This document shows, in pieces, positions 8,494-17,324 of a stretch of DNA of 64,000 nucleotides (position 1 is the stretch's first letter; the number at the start of each line of letters is the position of its first letter). Source of the stretch: an uncultured Sutterella sp. (GTDB lineage: Bacteria; Pseudomonadota; Gammaproteobacteria; Burkholderiales; Burkholderiaceae_F); contig CAAFNI010000008.1 of NCBI GenBank assembly GCA_900764215.1, forward strand, positions 1,618 to 65,617. Direction: 5' to 3'. The notes beneath the pieces were generated by a model. It made no database searches and was not told the origin of the DNA. It worked only from the letters and a program-made list of their open reading frames with translations. Both the position numbers and the translations under genes were made by a program.

Positions 8494-10305
8494 ATGCGAA
8501 CCGTATACTCTGGCCTGGTTGATGAATCCTTCATCGGTCAGACCGTGACTCTTTTCGGCTGGGCTCATCGTCGTCGCGACCACGGCGGCGTGATCTTCAT
8601 TGACCTTCGCGACCGTGAAGGCATTGTTCAGGTCGTTTGCGACCCGGACCGTCCCGAAGTCTTCGCTACGGCCGACAAATGCCGCAACGAATTCTGTCTC
8701 AAGGTCGTTGGCGTCGTGCGCGCCCGTCCGGAAGGCACGAAGAACGAAACGCTCGTTTCCGGCGGCATTGAAGTTCTCTGCCATGAACTTGAAATCCTCA
8801 ATCCGTCGGTCACGCCTCCGTTCCACCTCGATGACGAAAACCTCTCCGAGACGACGCGCCTGACGTACCGCGTGCTTGATCTTCGCCGCGGCGTCATGCA
8901 GAAGAACCTCCGCACGCGCTACCGCGCTGCCATGGCCTTCCGTAAGTTCCTCGACAAGAACGGCTTCATCGACATCGAAACGCCGATGTTGACGCGCTCC
9001 ACGCCTGAAGGCGCTCGCGACTATCTCGTACCGTCCCGCGTTCAGGACGGTTGCTTCTTCGCCTTGCCGCAGTCTCCTCAACTCTTCAAGCAGCTTCTGA
9101 TGGTTGCCGGTTTTGACCGTTACTATCAGATTGTCAAGTGTTTCCGAGACGAAGATCTTCGAGCCGACCGCCAGCCTGAATTCACGCAGGTTGATATTGA
9201 AACGTCCTTCCTCAACATGGATGAAATCCGCTCCTTGATGGAAGAACTCATCCGCACGGTCTTTAAGGAAGTCCTCGACGTCGACCTCAAGAACCCGTTC
9301 CCGGTCATGAAGTGGGACGACGCCATGGCTCAGTACGGTTCCGACAAGCCCGACCTTCGCGTTCATCTGAAGCTTGTCGAAGTGACCGACGTTGTTGAGA
9401 ATTCCACGTTCAAGGTATTCTCCGGCGTCAAGTCTCTGCACAACGGCAAGGTTGTCGCCCTGCGCGTACCGGGCGCAGCCTCCATGCCGCGTTCCGAAAT
9501 CGACGCCTATACCGAATTCGTCAAGATTTACGGCGCCAAGGGTCTCGCCTACATCAAGATCAATGATCTCTCCAAGGGCCGCGAAGGTCTCCAGAGCCCG
9601 ATCGTCAAGAATCTTTCCGACGAAGAGCTCAACACGATCATCGAACGCACTGGCGCCCAAGACGGCGACGTCGTGTTCTTCGGGGCCGACAAGGCCAAGA
9701 TCGTTTGGGACAGTCTCGGCGCACTCCGCCTGAAGATCGGTCATTCCGAATTCGGCAAATCCCACGGCCTCTTCACGCCGGGCTGGCAGCCGCTCTGGGT
9801 CATCAACTTCCCGATGTTCGAATACTCGGAAGAAGACCAGCGCTGGGTGGCCTGTCACCATCCGTTCACCAGTCCGCTCGACGGCCATGAGGACCTTCTT
9901 GTCTCCGACCCAGAACATGCCTATGCCAAGGCCTACGACATGGTTCTCAACGGTTGGGAAATCGGCGGCGGCTCCATCCGCATTCACCGTGAAGAAGTTC
10001 AGGAAAAGGTCTTTGAAGCCCTCAAGATCGGACCGGAAGAAGCCCGTCAGAAGTTCGGTTTTCTGCTTGACGCCCTCCAGTTCGGCGCGCCTCCGCACGG
10101 CGGCCTCGCCTTCGGTCTCGACCGCATCGTTACGATGATGTGCGAAGCAGACTCCATCAGAGACGTCATCGCCTTCCCGAAGACGCAACGTGCCCAGTGC
10201 CTGTTGACGCACGCTCCGGCTCCGGTTGACGAAAAGCAGCTGCGCGAACTCCACATCCGCCTGCGCAACGAGCCGAAGAAGGAACTTGAAATTGCCGGTC
10301 AGTAA
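8494..10305 (+). CDS. aspS: Aspartate--tRNA ligase
   Basis: Start taken at MRTVYSGL (ATG at 8494), by homology to E. coli AspS MRTEYCGQL. Class II aaRS motifs [33 protein letters not shown]. The track ORF begins 51 nt upstream at a GTG. Confidence 0.95.
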   Translation: MRTVYSGLVDESFIGQTVTLFGWAHRRRDHGGVIFIDLRDREGIVQVVCDPDRPEVFATADKCRNEFCLKVVGVVRARPEGTKNETLVSGGIEVLCHELEILNPSVTPPFHLDDENLSETTRLTYRVLDLRRGVMQKNLRTRYRAAMAFRKFLDKNGFIDIETPMLTRSTPEGARDYLVPSRVQDGCFFALPQSPQLFKQLLMVAGFDRYYQIVKCFRDEDLRADRQPEFTQVDIETSFLNMDEIRSLMEELIRTVFKEVLDVDLKNPFPVMKWDDAMAQYGSDKPDLRVHLKLVEVTDVVENSTFKVFSGVKSLHNGKVVALRVPGAASMPRSEIDAYTEFVKIYGAKGLAYIKINDLSKGREGLQSPIVKNLSDEELNTIIERTGAQDGDVVFFGADKAKIVWDSLGALRLKIGHSEFGKSHGLFTPGWQPLWVINFPMFEYSEEDQRWVACHHPFTSPLDGHEDLLVSDPEHAYAKAYDMVLNGWEIGGGSIRIHREEVQEKVFEALKIGPEEARQKFGFLLDALQFGAPPHGGLAFGLDRIVTMMCEADSIRDVIAFPKTQRAQCLLTHAPAPVDEKQLRELHIRLRNEPKKELEIAGQ

Positions 10306-10335
10306 TCCGCTGATCTAAGCATTCCACTTTTAGCA

Positions 10336-10376
10336 GAAAGGGCCGCTTGCTCACTCAAGCGGCCCTTTCTGTTTCG
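10336..10376. terminator. Bidirectional terminator between convergent aspS and the primase-like gene
   Basis: AGAAAGGGCCGCTTG-CTCACT-CAAGCGGCCCTTTCT, a 15-bp perfect stem, flanked by T/A-rich runs. Confidence 0.6.
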
Positions 10377-10384
10377 GGTCAGTA

Positions 10385-11452
10385 CTAAGCACCGGAAGTC
10401 TTCTCCGTCCACTCGCTCTTTGCAGGACGGCGACCGCCTGATCTGCGACGCATCCATACGTCGCTCCAATCACATCCTATTGCTTTTGGAATCTCAACCT
10501 CAATCTCAAGTGCGGGATACTCCCTGCGCAACCTGGCAGCAAGTGCATACGCCCCAGCCTGACCGGTGAAGCTCCTGTCGTTGTCGCCAAAAACGACAAC
10601 CTTCTTCACGCCGCCGGGTACTTTCGTGAAGTTCTGAAACCCTCCCACGCTCACCGCGCTCCAAACAGGCATTTTGAAAATCGTTCTTGCCGATAGCGCC
10701 GTTTCAATGCCCTCGGCGATGCCAAGAACGGCTCCAGGCTCCCCAAGCCTGATGAGGCCTCCGCGGGTGCTGCCCGCGTAAAGCTTCTTAGGACACTCGA
10801 CAGGAGCCTTTGCTCCATCAGGCGTAAGGTAGGTTCTATGCAACGTGACGATCCGCCCATCATCGTCAGTGACAAGTGCTAGCATCGCCGGCCAGCGTTC
10901 GTGAGACTTATCGCCATCGTCGAGTTCTTCCCAGTAATCCAGCAACGGATGACTGCGAAGCTCCCCGATCGATCTGCCATAAAGTCCTCGGGAGGCAAGA
11001 TACAGCTTGACTGGATCGGTCGAGGGAACCTTTGAGAGCGCTTGCGCCTCCTGCCAGACCGCTTCGATCTTGGCCAGTCTTCGTCGGCATCTAGCCTCTG
11101 CCACGTTTGGCCTCGTCTCCACACTCCGCAAGGATTTCGTTTCCCCGCGCTGAAATTCCGGAAGTCCCAAAATTCTCTCAAGATAATCGAGCGCATCCAT
11201 AAAACGCTCGCCTCTCCACTTGCGCAAGAGTTCAAGCCCGTCACCGCAACCACAGCCACGACAGAACCAATGTCCATCCAGCTTATCCTTGTAGAATGAA
11301 AAGCGGTCCCTGCCGCCGCAGAGCGGACACGGTCGATTCAAGCGCAGAAGCATTGTCTCTGGAATGCCGGCACCGATAAGAATTTCCAGCCAACGACCGG
11401 AAGCCGCATTCTGAACACGTTGAATTCTCTCCCCCAGTTGCGGATCTTGCAT
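10385..11452 (-). CDS. Primase-like protein: primase-helicase-type zinc-binding domain plus Toprim domain (DUF7146/toprim family), orphan
   Basis: CPLCGGRDRFSF...HWFCRGCGCGDG zinc ribbon; Toprim acidic motifs IAEGIETALSA and VVFGDNDRS. Start chosen at MQDPQLGER, preceded by a perfect SD AAGGAGGA. The track ORF extends to 11524. Confidence 0.7.
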   Translation of the reverse strand: MQDPQLGERIQRVQNAASGRWLEILIGAGIPETMLLRLNRPCPLCGGRDRFSFYKDKLDGHWFCRGCGCGDGLELLRKWRGERFMDALDYLERILGLPEFQRGETKSLRSVETRPNVAEARCRRRLAKIEAVWQEAQALSKVPSTDPVKLYLASRGLYGRSIGELRSHPLLDYWEELDDGDKSHERWPAMLALVTDDDGRIVTLHRTYLTPDGAKAPVECPKKLYAGSTRGGLIRLGEPGAVLGIAEGIETALSARTIFKMPVWSAVSVGGFQNFTKVPGGVKKVVVFGDNDRSFTGQAGAYALAARLRREYPALEIEVEIPKAIGCDWSDVWMRRRSGGRRPAKSEWTEKTSGA

Positions 11453-11530
11453 GCGGTCCTCCTTCATAGAAATCCGGCGCGGGAACCTCTGTCGGGCAGG
11501 GGTTATTGACCCTGTCGGCAACAATATTGC

Positions 11531-12031
11531 TCAGAACCCCCAAAAGTGGCCGTCCCGATCCTTCCACGGATCAGTCGTAAATCCCACCTCGGTCACAACT
11601 CCGTGGATGTCGAACTGCACCCAGCAGGCCATGTCAAAAAGCCCGTCGTCACGAAAACGATACATCCAAGCCGTCTGGTCAATGAGCGAAAAGGTGTACT
11701 TCTGCGCGCACTTGCCAAACAGATTCCAAACATCCTGCTCCGTACTCACGCCCGGCCTGATGAGAGCCATATGCGCTCTGTCGAGCACCTCCTCACGCTT
11801 CACAAGCCTGCCATCAGCATCAAACTCCAGCCACCAGACCTCTTGACCAAAAGGCTGCATAGAATAGACCCAGCGCTGCGTACCAGCACTCGTTTCAACA
11901 GTCGCATGAGGTTCGCCGAGCTCTGCCTCAACCTGAGACTCAGTCATGCCGGAATCCATAAGCTGCGGATGAGCACAGGCTGTCAAAAGCAGACAGGCTG
12001 CAAGCACGCACCCCCACGAACGAGCATTCAT
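11531..12031 (-). CDS. Outer-membrane lipoprotein with two SmpA/OmlA (BamE-like) domains
   Basis: Start at MNARSWGCVLAACLLLTAC (lipobox LTAC). Two repeats resembling BamE: GMTESQVEAELGEP... and GVSTEQDVWNLFG... The ATGA overlaps the upstream small ORF. Confidence 0.65.
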   Translation of the reverse strand: MNARSWGCVLAACLLLTACAHPQLMDSGMTESQVEAELGEPHATVETSAGTQRWVYSMQPFGQEVWWLEFDADGRLVKREEVLDRAHMALIRPGVSTEQDVWNLFGKCAQKYTFSLIDQTAWMYRFRDDGLFDMACWVQFDIHGVVTEVGFTTDPWKDRDGHFWGF

Positions 12032-12291
12032 TTGATCCCCTCTTTGGAACTCCTCTCGGCCTCTACAGGCTGCCGGAGTTCTCTGTAATCGCAGTCGAGC
12101 CCATCGATCAGGCGGCGAAACTCCGCTCTGAAGGCTTCCTTTCCGCAACCGAGCAGTACGGCATCTTCGAACATTTCCTGAAGCATGTCGTGAGCCTCAT
12201 GCCAGTTTTCATTGAGCACCTTGACGCTCTCCGTGCAGGACACGATCGAGCCGTCGACCCTGAGCCACTTTTCCGGCGCCTTCGTTGTCAC
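12028..12291 (-). CDS. Hypothetical 87-aa protein, translationally coupled on both sides
   Basis: 4-nt overlaps with the aldolase stop (12288..12291) and the lipoprotein start (12028..12031). Balanced amino-acid composition. No family recognised. Confidence 0.45.
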   Translation of the reverse strand: MTTKAPEKWLRVDGSIVSCTESVKVLNENWHEAHDMLQEMFEDAVLLGCGKEAFRAEFRRLIDGLDCDYRELRQPVEAERSSKEGIK

Positions 12292-12980
12292 CGCCCTTCT
12301 CCTTGAACAGACTGCTGCCCATAAGTTCTAAAACGCCTCAGGACGTCGTTCATTTCTTCATAGGAAATGAGCTTCGGCTTGCCAAGCTGACAGACAAGAA
12401 CGTACTGGTGAGCCAAATTCTCAACCTCTGCCGCAAGTGCAAGCGCATCATGAAGCGACTTGCCGGCAGCCAGCACGCCATGATGCGACAGCAGGCAGGC
12501 ATTCTTGACAGAAAGCGCCTCTGCCGCAATGCGGGCCAACTGCGGCGTACCAAATGTCGCATAAGGCGCCACATCGATCGAATGACCGCCAGCCGCAGCC
12601 ACCATGTAATGGAATGGCGGAATCGGCATGTCCTGGCAAGCAAGCGCCGTAGCGTGACACGAATGCGTGTGCACAACCGCCTTGACGTCACCCCGGCGCA
12701 GATAGACGCGGGCGTGCATCTCCCACTCGGACGACGCACGCCGCACGCCGCACGCTTCACGCAACGACGGCGGATTCACAAGCGGAGCCCAGACCAGATC
12801 ATCGGGTGCCAGCGTCTCGTAAGGCATCCCTGTCGGCGTAATCAAAAAGCCCTTGACGCCGTCCATCCTGTCGGCGCGTGCGGAGACGTTCCCCGACTTG
12901 TTCACATTGAGTCGGCGCAGATTCATCTCGCGGGCGACTTCAATAAGTTCGGCGCGAAGCGCCTCCGTATCTAACGTCAT
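12288..12980 (-). CDS. Class II aldolase/adducin-family protein (FucA-like). Candidate 5-methylthioribulose-1-phosphate aldolase or dehydratase partner of MtnA.
   Basis: Start at MTLDTEAL. Zn-binding HTHS motif VVHTHSCHATALAC. PTG...SSEW and HYMVAAAGG motifs shared with E. coli FucA. Confidence 0.8.
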   Translation of the reverse strand: MTLDTEALRAELIEVAREMNLRRLNVNKSGNVSARADRMDGVKGFLITPTGMPYETLAPDDLVWAPLVNPPSLREACGVRRASSEWEMHARVYLRRGDVKAVVHTHSCHATALACQDMPIPPFHYMVAAAGGHSIDVAPYATFGTPQLARIAAEALSVKNACLLSHHGVLAAGKSLHDALALAAEVENLAHQYVLVCQLGKPKLISYEEMNDVLRRFRTYGQQSVQGEGR

Positions 12981-12984
12981 AGTT

Positions 12985-14073
12985 TCAGGCCCTGGGCAAC
13001 AAATCAGCAAATACCGTTGCAAGTTCCGTCGGCTTCACGATGCCGCGCTCCGTAATGATGCCCGTTACAAAGCGGTTGTGCGTAACGTCAAACGCCGGAT
13101 TGGCAACGGCCACGTCGGGTGCGGCAATCTGTACGGAACGCACACTGCCGTCGCTGGCAATGCCGTTGACAACGAGAAGCTCGCTAGCGGCGCGGTTTTC
13201 AATCGTTATTTCGCGCTTCCCGTCGTTGATCGTCCAATCGATGGTCGAAGACGGCGCCGCCACATAGAAAGGCACATCGTTGTCTGCAGCTGCAAGCGCC
13301 TTGAGATAGGTTCCTATTTTATTGGCCACGTCGCCGCGACGCGTGATGCGATCGGCACCCACGATCACAAGATCAACATCGCCCTGTTGCATGAGTTGTC
13401 CGCCTGCATTATCAGCGACTAGCGTATAGGGAACGCCGTGCTGACCAAGCTCCCAAGCCGTCAGCAGACCCTGGTTGCGCGGTCGCGTTTCATCTACCCA
13501 GACGTGCAACGGCGTTCCCTGTTCAAATGCCATGTATATCGGCGAGAGAGCGGTGCCGTAGTCAACGGTCGCAAGCCAGCCGGCGTTGCAATGCGTCAGC
13601 ACGTTCACGGGACGGCGCAGCTTGGTGTAGAGGTCGGAGATGAGGGTCATGCCTGCCTCTCCAATGGAGCGGCAGGTCATTACATCCTCCTGCGTCATCG
13701 CCTCTGCCGTCTTGACGGCGGCCTCAAAGCGAAGAGCGGCATCGCGCGGCAAAAGCGTACTCATCATGCGGCGCACGGCCCATGAAAGGTTCACTGCCGT
13801 CGGGCGCGCGTTGGCGATGACTTCTGCCGCCTTTAGCAATGCGTCGTTTTCAGGATTTTCCTTGACGGCGAGCGCCACAGCCCATGCCCCCGCAATGCCG
13901 ATGAGCGGCGCGCCACGAACGCGCATGGTGCGGATGGCCTCCACGCAGTCCCTCCAATCGCTTAGCACCCGTTTTTCAAAGCTATAGGGCAGGAGCGTCT
14001 GATCGACAATCTCGACGGCCGTGCCGCCGTCAAGTGAGCGAATGCTTCGTGTAGGTTCCCCGTAAACTTTCAT
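12985..14073 (-). CDS. mtnA: S-methyl-5-thioribose-1-phosphate isomerase
   Basis: eIF-2B alpha/beta/delta-like fold. Start at MKVYGEPTRSIRSLDGGTAVEIVDQTLLP. Conserved GAPLIGIAGAW and VIVGADRI motifs. Confidence 0.85.
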   Translation of the reverse strand: MKVYGEPTRSIRSLDGGTAVEIVDQTLLPYSFEKRVLSDWRDCVEAIRTMRVRGAPLIGIAGAWAVALAVKENPENDALLKAAEVIANARPTAVNLSWAVRRMMSTLLPRDAALRFEAAVKTAEAMTQEDVMTCRSIGEAGMTLISDLYTKLRRPVNVLTHCNAGWLATVDYGTALSPIYMAFEQGTPLHVWVDETRPRNQGLLTAWELGQHGVPYTLVADNAGGQLMQQGDVDLVIVGADRITRRGDVANKIGTYLKALAAADNDVPFYVAAPSSTIDWTINDGKREITIENRAASELLVVNGIASDGSVRSVQIAAPDVAVANPAFDVTHNRFVTGIITERGIVKPTELATVFADLLPRA

Positions 14074-14599
14074 ATCTTCCCCTTTGCGATAGGACAGGCG
14101 ATGCAAAATGCGCCCGTTTAAATTCCTGCCTGGATCCCAAGATCATCAGTAGGATCGCTTGACGGTCCGGCTCCACCGCCCGGCAAAGCACGCAACGCTC
14201 CAGAATGCCTTCATGTTTTTCTCCGAGCTTCAACATCTTTGCACAGGGGCTGGGCACGCACATTTCCCGAATACGATCCTGCTCGTCTCTCCAGGCGACA
14301 ATTTGAAGGCTGCGGCAAGCTGAGGCTTCCGAACTGCCGACAGCGGCTCTCTTCACCAGAGATAACCAACATGGCAACGATGACGAATCCGCACTCCTGC
14401 AGGTACCTTAGCACATGGTTTGGAATCGAGCATGCGACGACCCCAGCCGGCAATCCAGGAATTACCTCATTTCCTATTGATAACGCATTCGAGGATCGTT
14501 TGCGGAATGACGTTCTTCCGAATTGCGTATCGGGCAACGACTTTGCCTCCAATTGCCGATTCGTAGCACAATGGAACTTCAATCATCAGGGAGGTAATC

Positions 14600-17299
14600 T
14601 TGAATCCCATCCGCCCCAAGCTCAAGCGAGCCCTCTGTCCGGAAAACGTCGCCGTCATCGGCGCCAGCGACAGAACCGCCAGCCGAGGTTCCTTCGTCTG
14701 GCGCGCCGTCGCCCGCTCAAAGCTTCTCAAGAATGCATGGGCAATCAATCCGAAGTACAAGTACATCGGTGAACGCCCCTGCTTCTCGAGCATCAACGAA
14801 GTGCCCGGCAACATTGATCTGGCGGTGATTTCCCTGCGTGCGGACCGCATTCTCAAGGCATTGATCGACGCAGGCGAACGTGGCGTGGCCTATGCGCTCA
14901 TCACCCCGGACGAAAACGCCTACGCAAGCGATGTGACTTGGCTGCAAAAACTGAAGCTCGTGGCCGATCAGTACGGCCTGCGCCTCATCGGCCCCGACTC
15001 ACTGGGGCTCATGAACCCCGGCCTCGGCGTCAACGCGAGCTACTGGCCCAATCTGCCGCGCCCAGGCAACATTGCGCTCATCACACAGTCCGGCATGATC
15101 GGAACCGCACTGCTCGACTATGCACAAGGCGCCGAACTCGGGTTTTCAGGTGTCGTTTCAACGGGGGCCGCGATCGATGTCGACATGCCTGAACTCATCG
15201 ACTACTACGCGAACGACAAAAACACGCGCGTCATCGCCCTGCACATCGAAGGCATTCGCAGACCCCGCGAGTTCTACTCATCACTCCGAGCTGCATGCGC
15301 CCGCAAACACGTCGTCATCCTAAAAGCAGGCAGCGGTTCTGGCTACGCCGCCGACCGAATCGCCTGTTTCAAGATGGGCACAGACGCAGGCAGCGAGGGC
15401 GCCCTCGCAGCACTTGTCGAGCGCGCAGGCGCAACGCTCGTTCCGTCTTTTGAAGAATTCACGGCGGCCGTCTCCGGCTTTGCCACCAACCGTCTGCCCC
15501 GCGGCAACCGCATCGCCGTTATTGCCAACGGATCGGGTTTTGCTTCGCTCACGGCCTCGGCGGCACAAGCCTGCGGCATTGATCTCCACGGTCTCAGCAA
15601 CTCCACCATCAAGGACCTCAAGACTGCCTACCCTTCTCAGCAGATTGCGGTAAACCCCATCAACGTCGGAGCCACCGCTTCACCAGAACGCTATAGAAAA
15701 ACGCTCCAAATCGTCCTTCAGGATCCGATGATTGACGGCGCACTCGTCGTCGTGGCCCCGAGTCCGGTCACGACAATCGACCCCACGCTCAAGCTTCTCG
15801 CCAAAACGGCCGCCGGTTCCTACAAACCCGTCATAACTGCCTGGATGAGCGACCGCATCGCACTGAGCGTGCGCAAACAACTTCGTTCCGTCCCCAACGC
15901 CCCCATATCCGCCATTCAATCCCCAGTGGCCGCAGCGCTAGCCTTCGGTTATCTTGCAGCCGAAGCCCGCAGACGCTCAGATCGCCTGAGCATTCCGCCC
16001 GAATGGTCGGTGGAGCTGAATGCCGCCAAGCTCGCAGAAGCTCGAGCCATCGTCAACGGCGCTCGCCTGGAAGGGCGCCATTCGCTGTCTCCGAGCGAAA
16101 CCGGGCGCCTTCTCGCCTGCTTCGACATCCCTGCTGTGCCGCTTCGCGAAGTCCGAACGCTCGAGGAAGCGGGAGCCGCCGCAGACGAGCTCGGATGGCC
16201 CGTAGCCCTAAAGGTGATCGCCCCAGGCCTGCGGCACAAATCCGACATAGGTGGCGTAGCGTTAGACATCAAGGATCGCGACAACCTTGCTGCCGCTTGG
16301 CAACGCATGAAAAAGAATCTCTACAAATACTCTCCGATGACGCCGATGGAGGGTGCAATCGTCCAGAAAATGGCGCCGCATTCGTCGGTGCGGGAACTGC
16401 ACCTCGCCATCGCCTATGACAACGTGCTTGGTCCTGTTGTCGAGTTTGGCGCCGGCGGCATCGGTTCCGAGCTCTACCAGGACAAGAAGGCCGCACTTGC
16501 ACCGATCACGTTGTGCGAGGCCGCCCGCCTCGTTGAGCGCACTCGCATCGCACGTGCCCTGGGCTCCTATCGAGGGCTGGCTCCGGCCGATAGAACGCTC
16601 GTTGCTCAGATCCTCTGCAGGCTCTCCGTACTTGCAGCCCGCATTCCGGCCATTCGCGATCTTGCCATCAATCCGCTCGTTTGGACTGACGGCGGCGCTG
16701 CGGCAATCGATGCCGATGTAAATCTGAACGAATCCCCCGTCAAGCCAGCACTCGACTACCCTCACCTCACGGTTTGCGCCCCCCCTTGGGAGGAAGGCCG
16801 CAGCGTGACGGTCGGCGACACGGAACTCGCGCTGCGAACCTTCGTGCAAGGCGACTTTCACCCGCTCAAGCGCTTTCTCGGCCGCTTGTCGGACAAAACC
16901 TTCTACCTGCGCTTCCACACGTCCGCCCACCTCTCCGACGAGCGCATCTGCGAACTCACCTCGCTAGACTATGCACGTGAGGGTGCTTGGGCGCTGGCGC
17001 GGAACGGCGAAATCCATGCAGTTGCACGCTGGCGCCTGACGGGAGAACATGACGAGGCTGAATTCGGCATCGTCGTCGAGGACGCATGGCAACGCCGCGG
17101 GCTTGCCCGCGTGCTGATGGCCCACCTTGAAGCCTCCGCTGCCAGACGCGGCGTTACCCGCTTCATCGGTCACGTACTCAAAGGCAACGAGGCCATGCAA
17201 GGCATGATGACGGCCATGGGCTACGTACTCGGCGAAGGCGACCACCGAGACACCGACCCGTGGGTGAAAAGCCTCTCATCTCCTGTGGATCACCTATAA
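14600..17299 (+). CDS. Bifunctional acyl-CoA synthetase (NDP-forming)-like / GNAT protein lysine acetyltransferase (Pat/YfiQ-type)
   Basis: 899 aa. N-terminus LKRALCPENVAVIGAS aligns with Salmonella Pat LEALLRPKSIAVIGAS. C-terminal GNAT motif QRRGLARVLMAHLE. TTG start with a GGGAGG SD. Confidence 0.85.
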   Translation: MNPIRPKLKRALCPENVAVIGASDRTASRGSFVWRAVARSKLLKNAWAINPKYKYIGERPCFSSINEVPGNIDLAVISLRADRILKALIDAGERGVAYALITPDENAYASDVTWLQKLKLVADQYGLRLIGPDSLGLMNPGLGVNASYWPNLPRPGNIALITQSGMIGTALLDYAQGAELGFSGVVSTGAAIDVDMPELIDYYANDKNTRVIALHIEGIRRPREFYSSLRAACARKHVVILKAGSGSGYAADRIACFKMGTDAGSEGALAALVERAGATLVPSFEEFTAAVSGFATNRLPRGNRIAVIANGSGFASLTASAAQACGIDLHGLSNSTIKDLKTAYPSQQIAVNPINVGATASPERYRKTLQIVLQDPMIDGALVVVAPSPVTTIDPTLKLLAKTAAGSYKPVITAWMSDRIALSVRKQLRSVPNAPISAIQSPVAAALAFGYLAAEARRRSDRLSIPPEWSVELNAAKLAEARAIVNGARLEGRHSLSPSETGRLLACFDIPAVPLREVRTLEEAGAAADELGWPVALKVIAPGLRHKSDIGGVALDIKDRDNLAAAWQRMKKNLYKYSPMTPMEGAIVQKMAPHSSVRELHLAIAYDNVLGPVVEFGAGGIGSELYQDKKAALAPITLCEAARLVERTRIARALGSYRGLAPADRTLVAQILCRLSVLAARIPAIRDLAINPLVWTDGGAAAIDADVNLNESPVKPALDYPHLTVCAPPWEEGRSVTVGDTELALRTFVQGDFHPLKRFLGRLSDKTFYLRFHTSAHLSDERICELTSLDYAREGAWALARNGEIHAVARWRLTGEHDEAEFGIVVEDAWQRRGLARVLMAHLEASAARRGVTRFIGHVLKGNEAMQGMMTAMGYVLGEGDHRDTDPWVKSLSSPVDHL

Positions 17300-17324
17300 T
17301 GGCGCGCCTAAAATACTTTTCTTC

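Noticed and set aside
8299-10254. A 651-aa ORF on the minus strand, plus many other long antisense ORFs (e.g. 23743..24825, 29350..30924, 34936..36171, 37561..38583, 46671..47720, 16262..16930, 17178..18185, 32590..33420, 33670..34383, 59258..60304 plus, 60386..61066 plus, 61419..62522 plus, 50929..51750 plus)
   Set aside because: Each lies entirely antisense to, or out of frame with, a gene with clear homology. Such stop-free antisense frames are expected at ~60% GC. Their translations are low-complexity (Arg/Ala/Gly-rich) with no recognisable domains.
12288-12980. Calling the class II aldolase gene mtnB (methylthioribulose-1-P dehydratase) outright
   Set aside because: The sequence is closer in length and motifs to FucA/Ald2-type aldolases. 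The downstream mtnC/mtnD genes that would consume the dehydratase product are absent. I left it as a family-level call.
14211-14772. ORFs 14211..14582 (minus), 14239..14772 (plus) and 14030..14377 (minus) in the long mtnA-pat spacer
   Set aside because: They have no SD, no domain resemblance and skewed composition. The plus ORF runs out of frame into pat. They are better treated as non-coding leader or regulatory DNA (see the finding on the 14074-14599 spacer).
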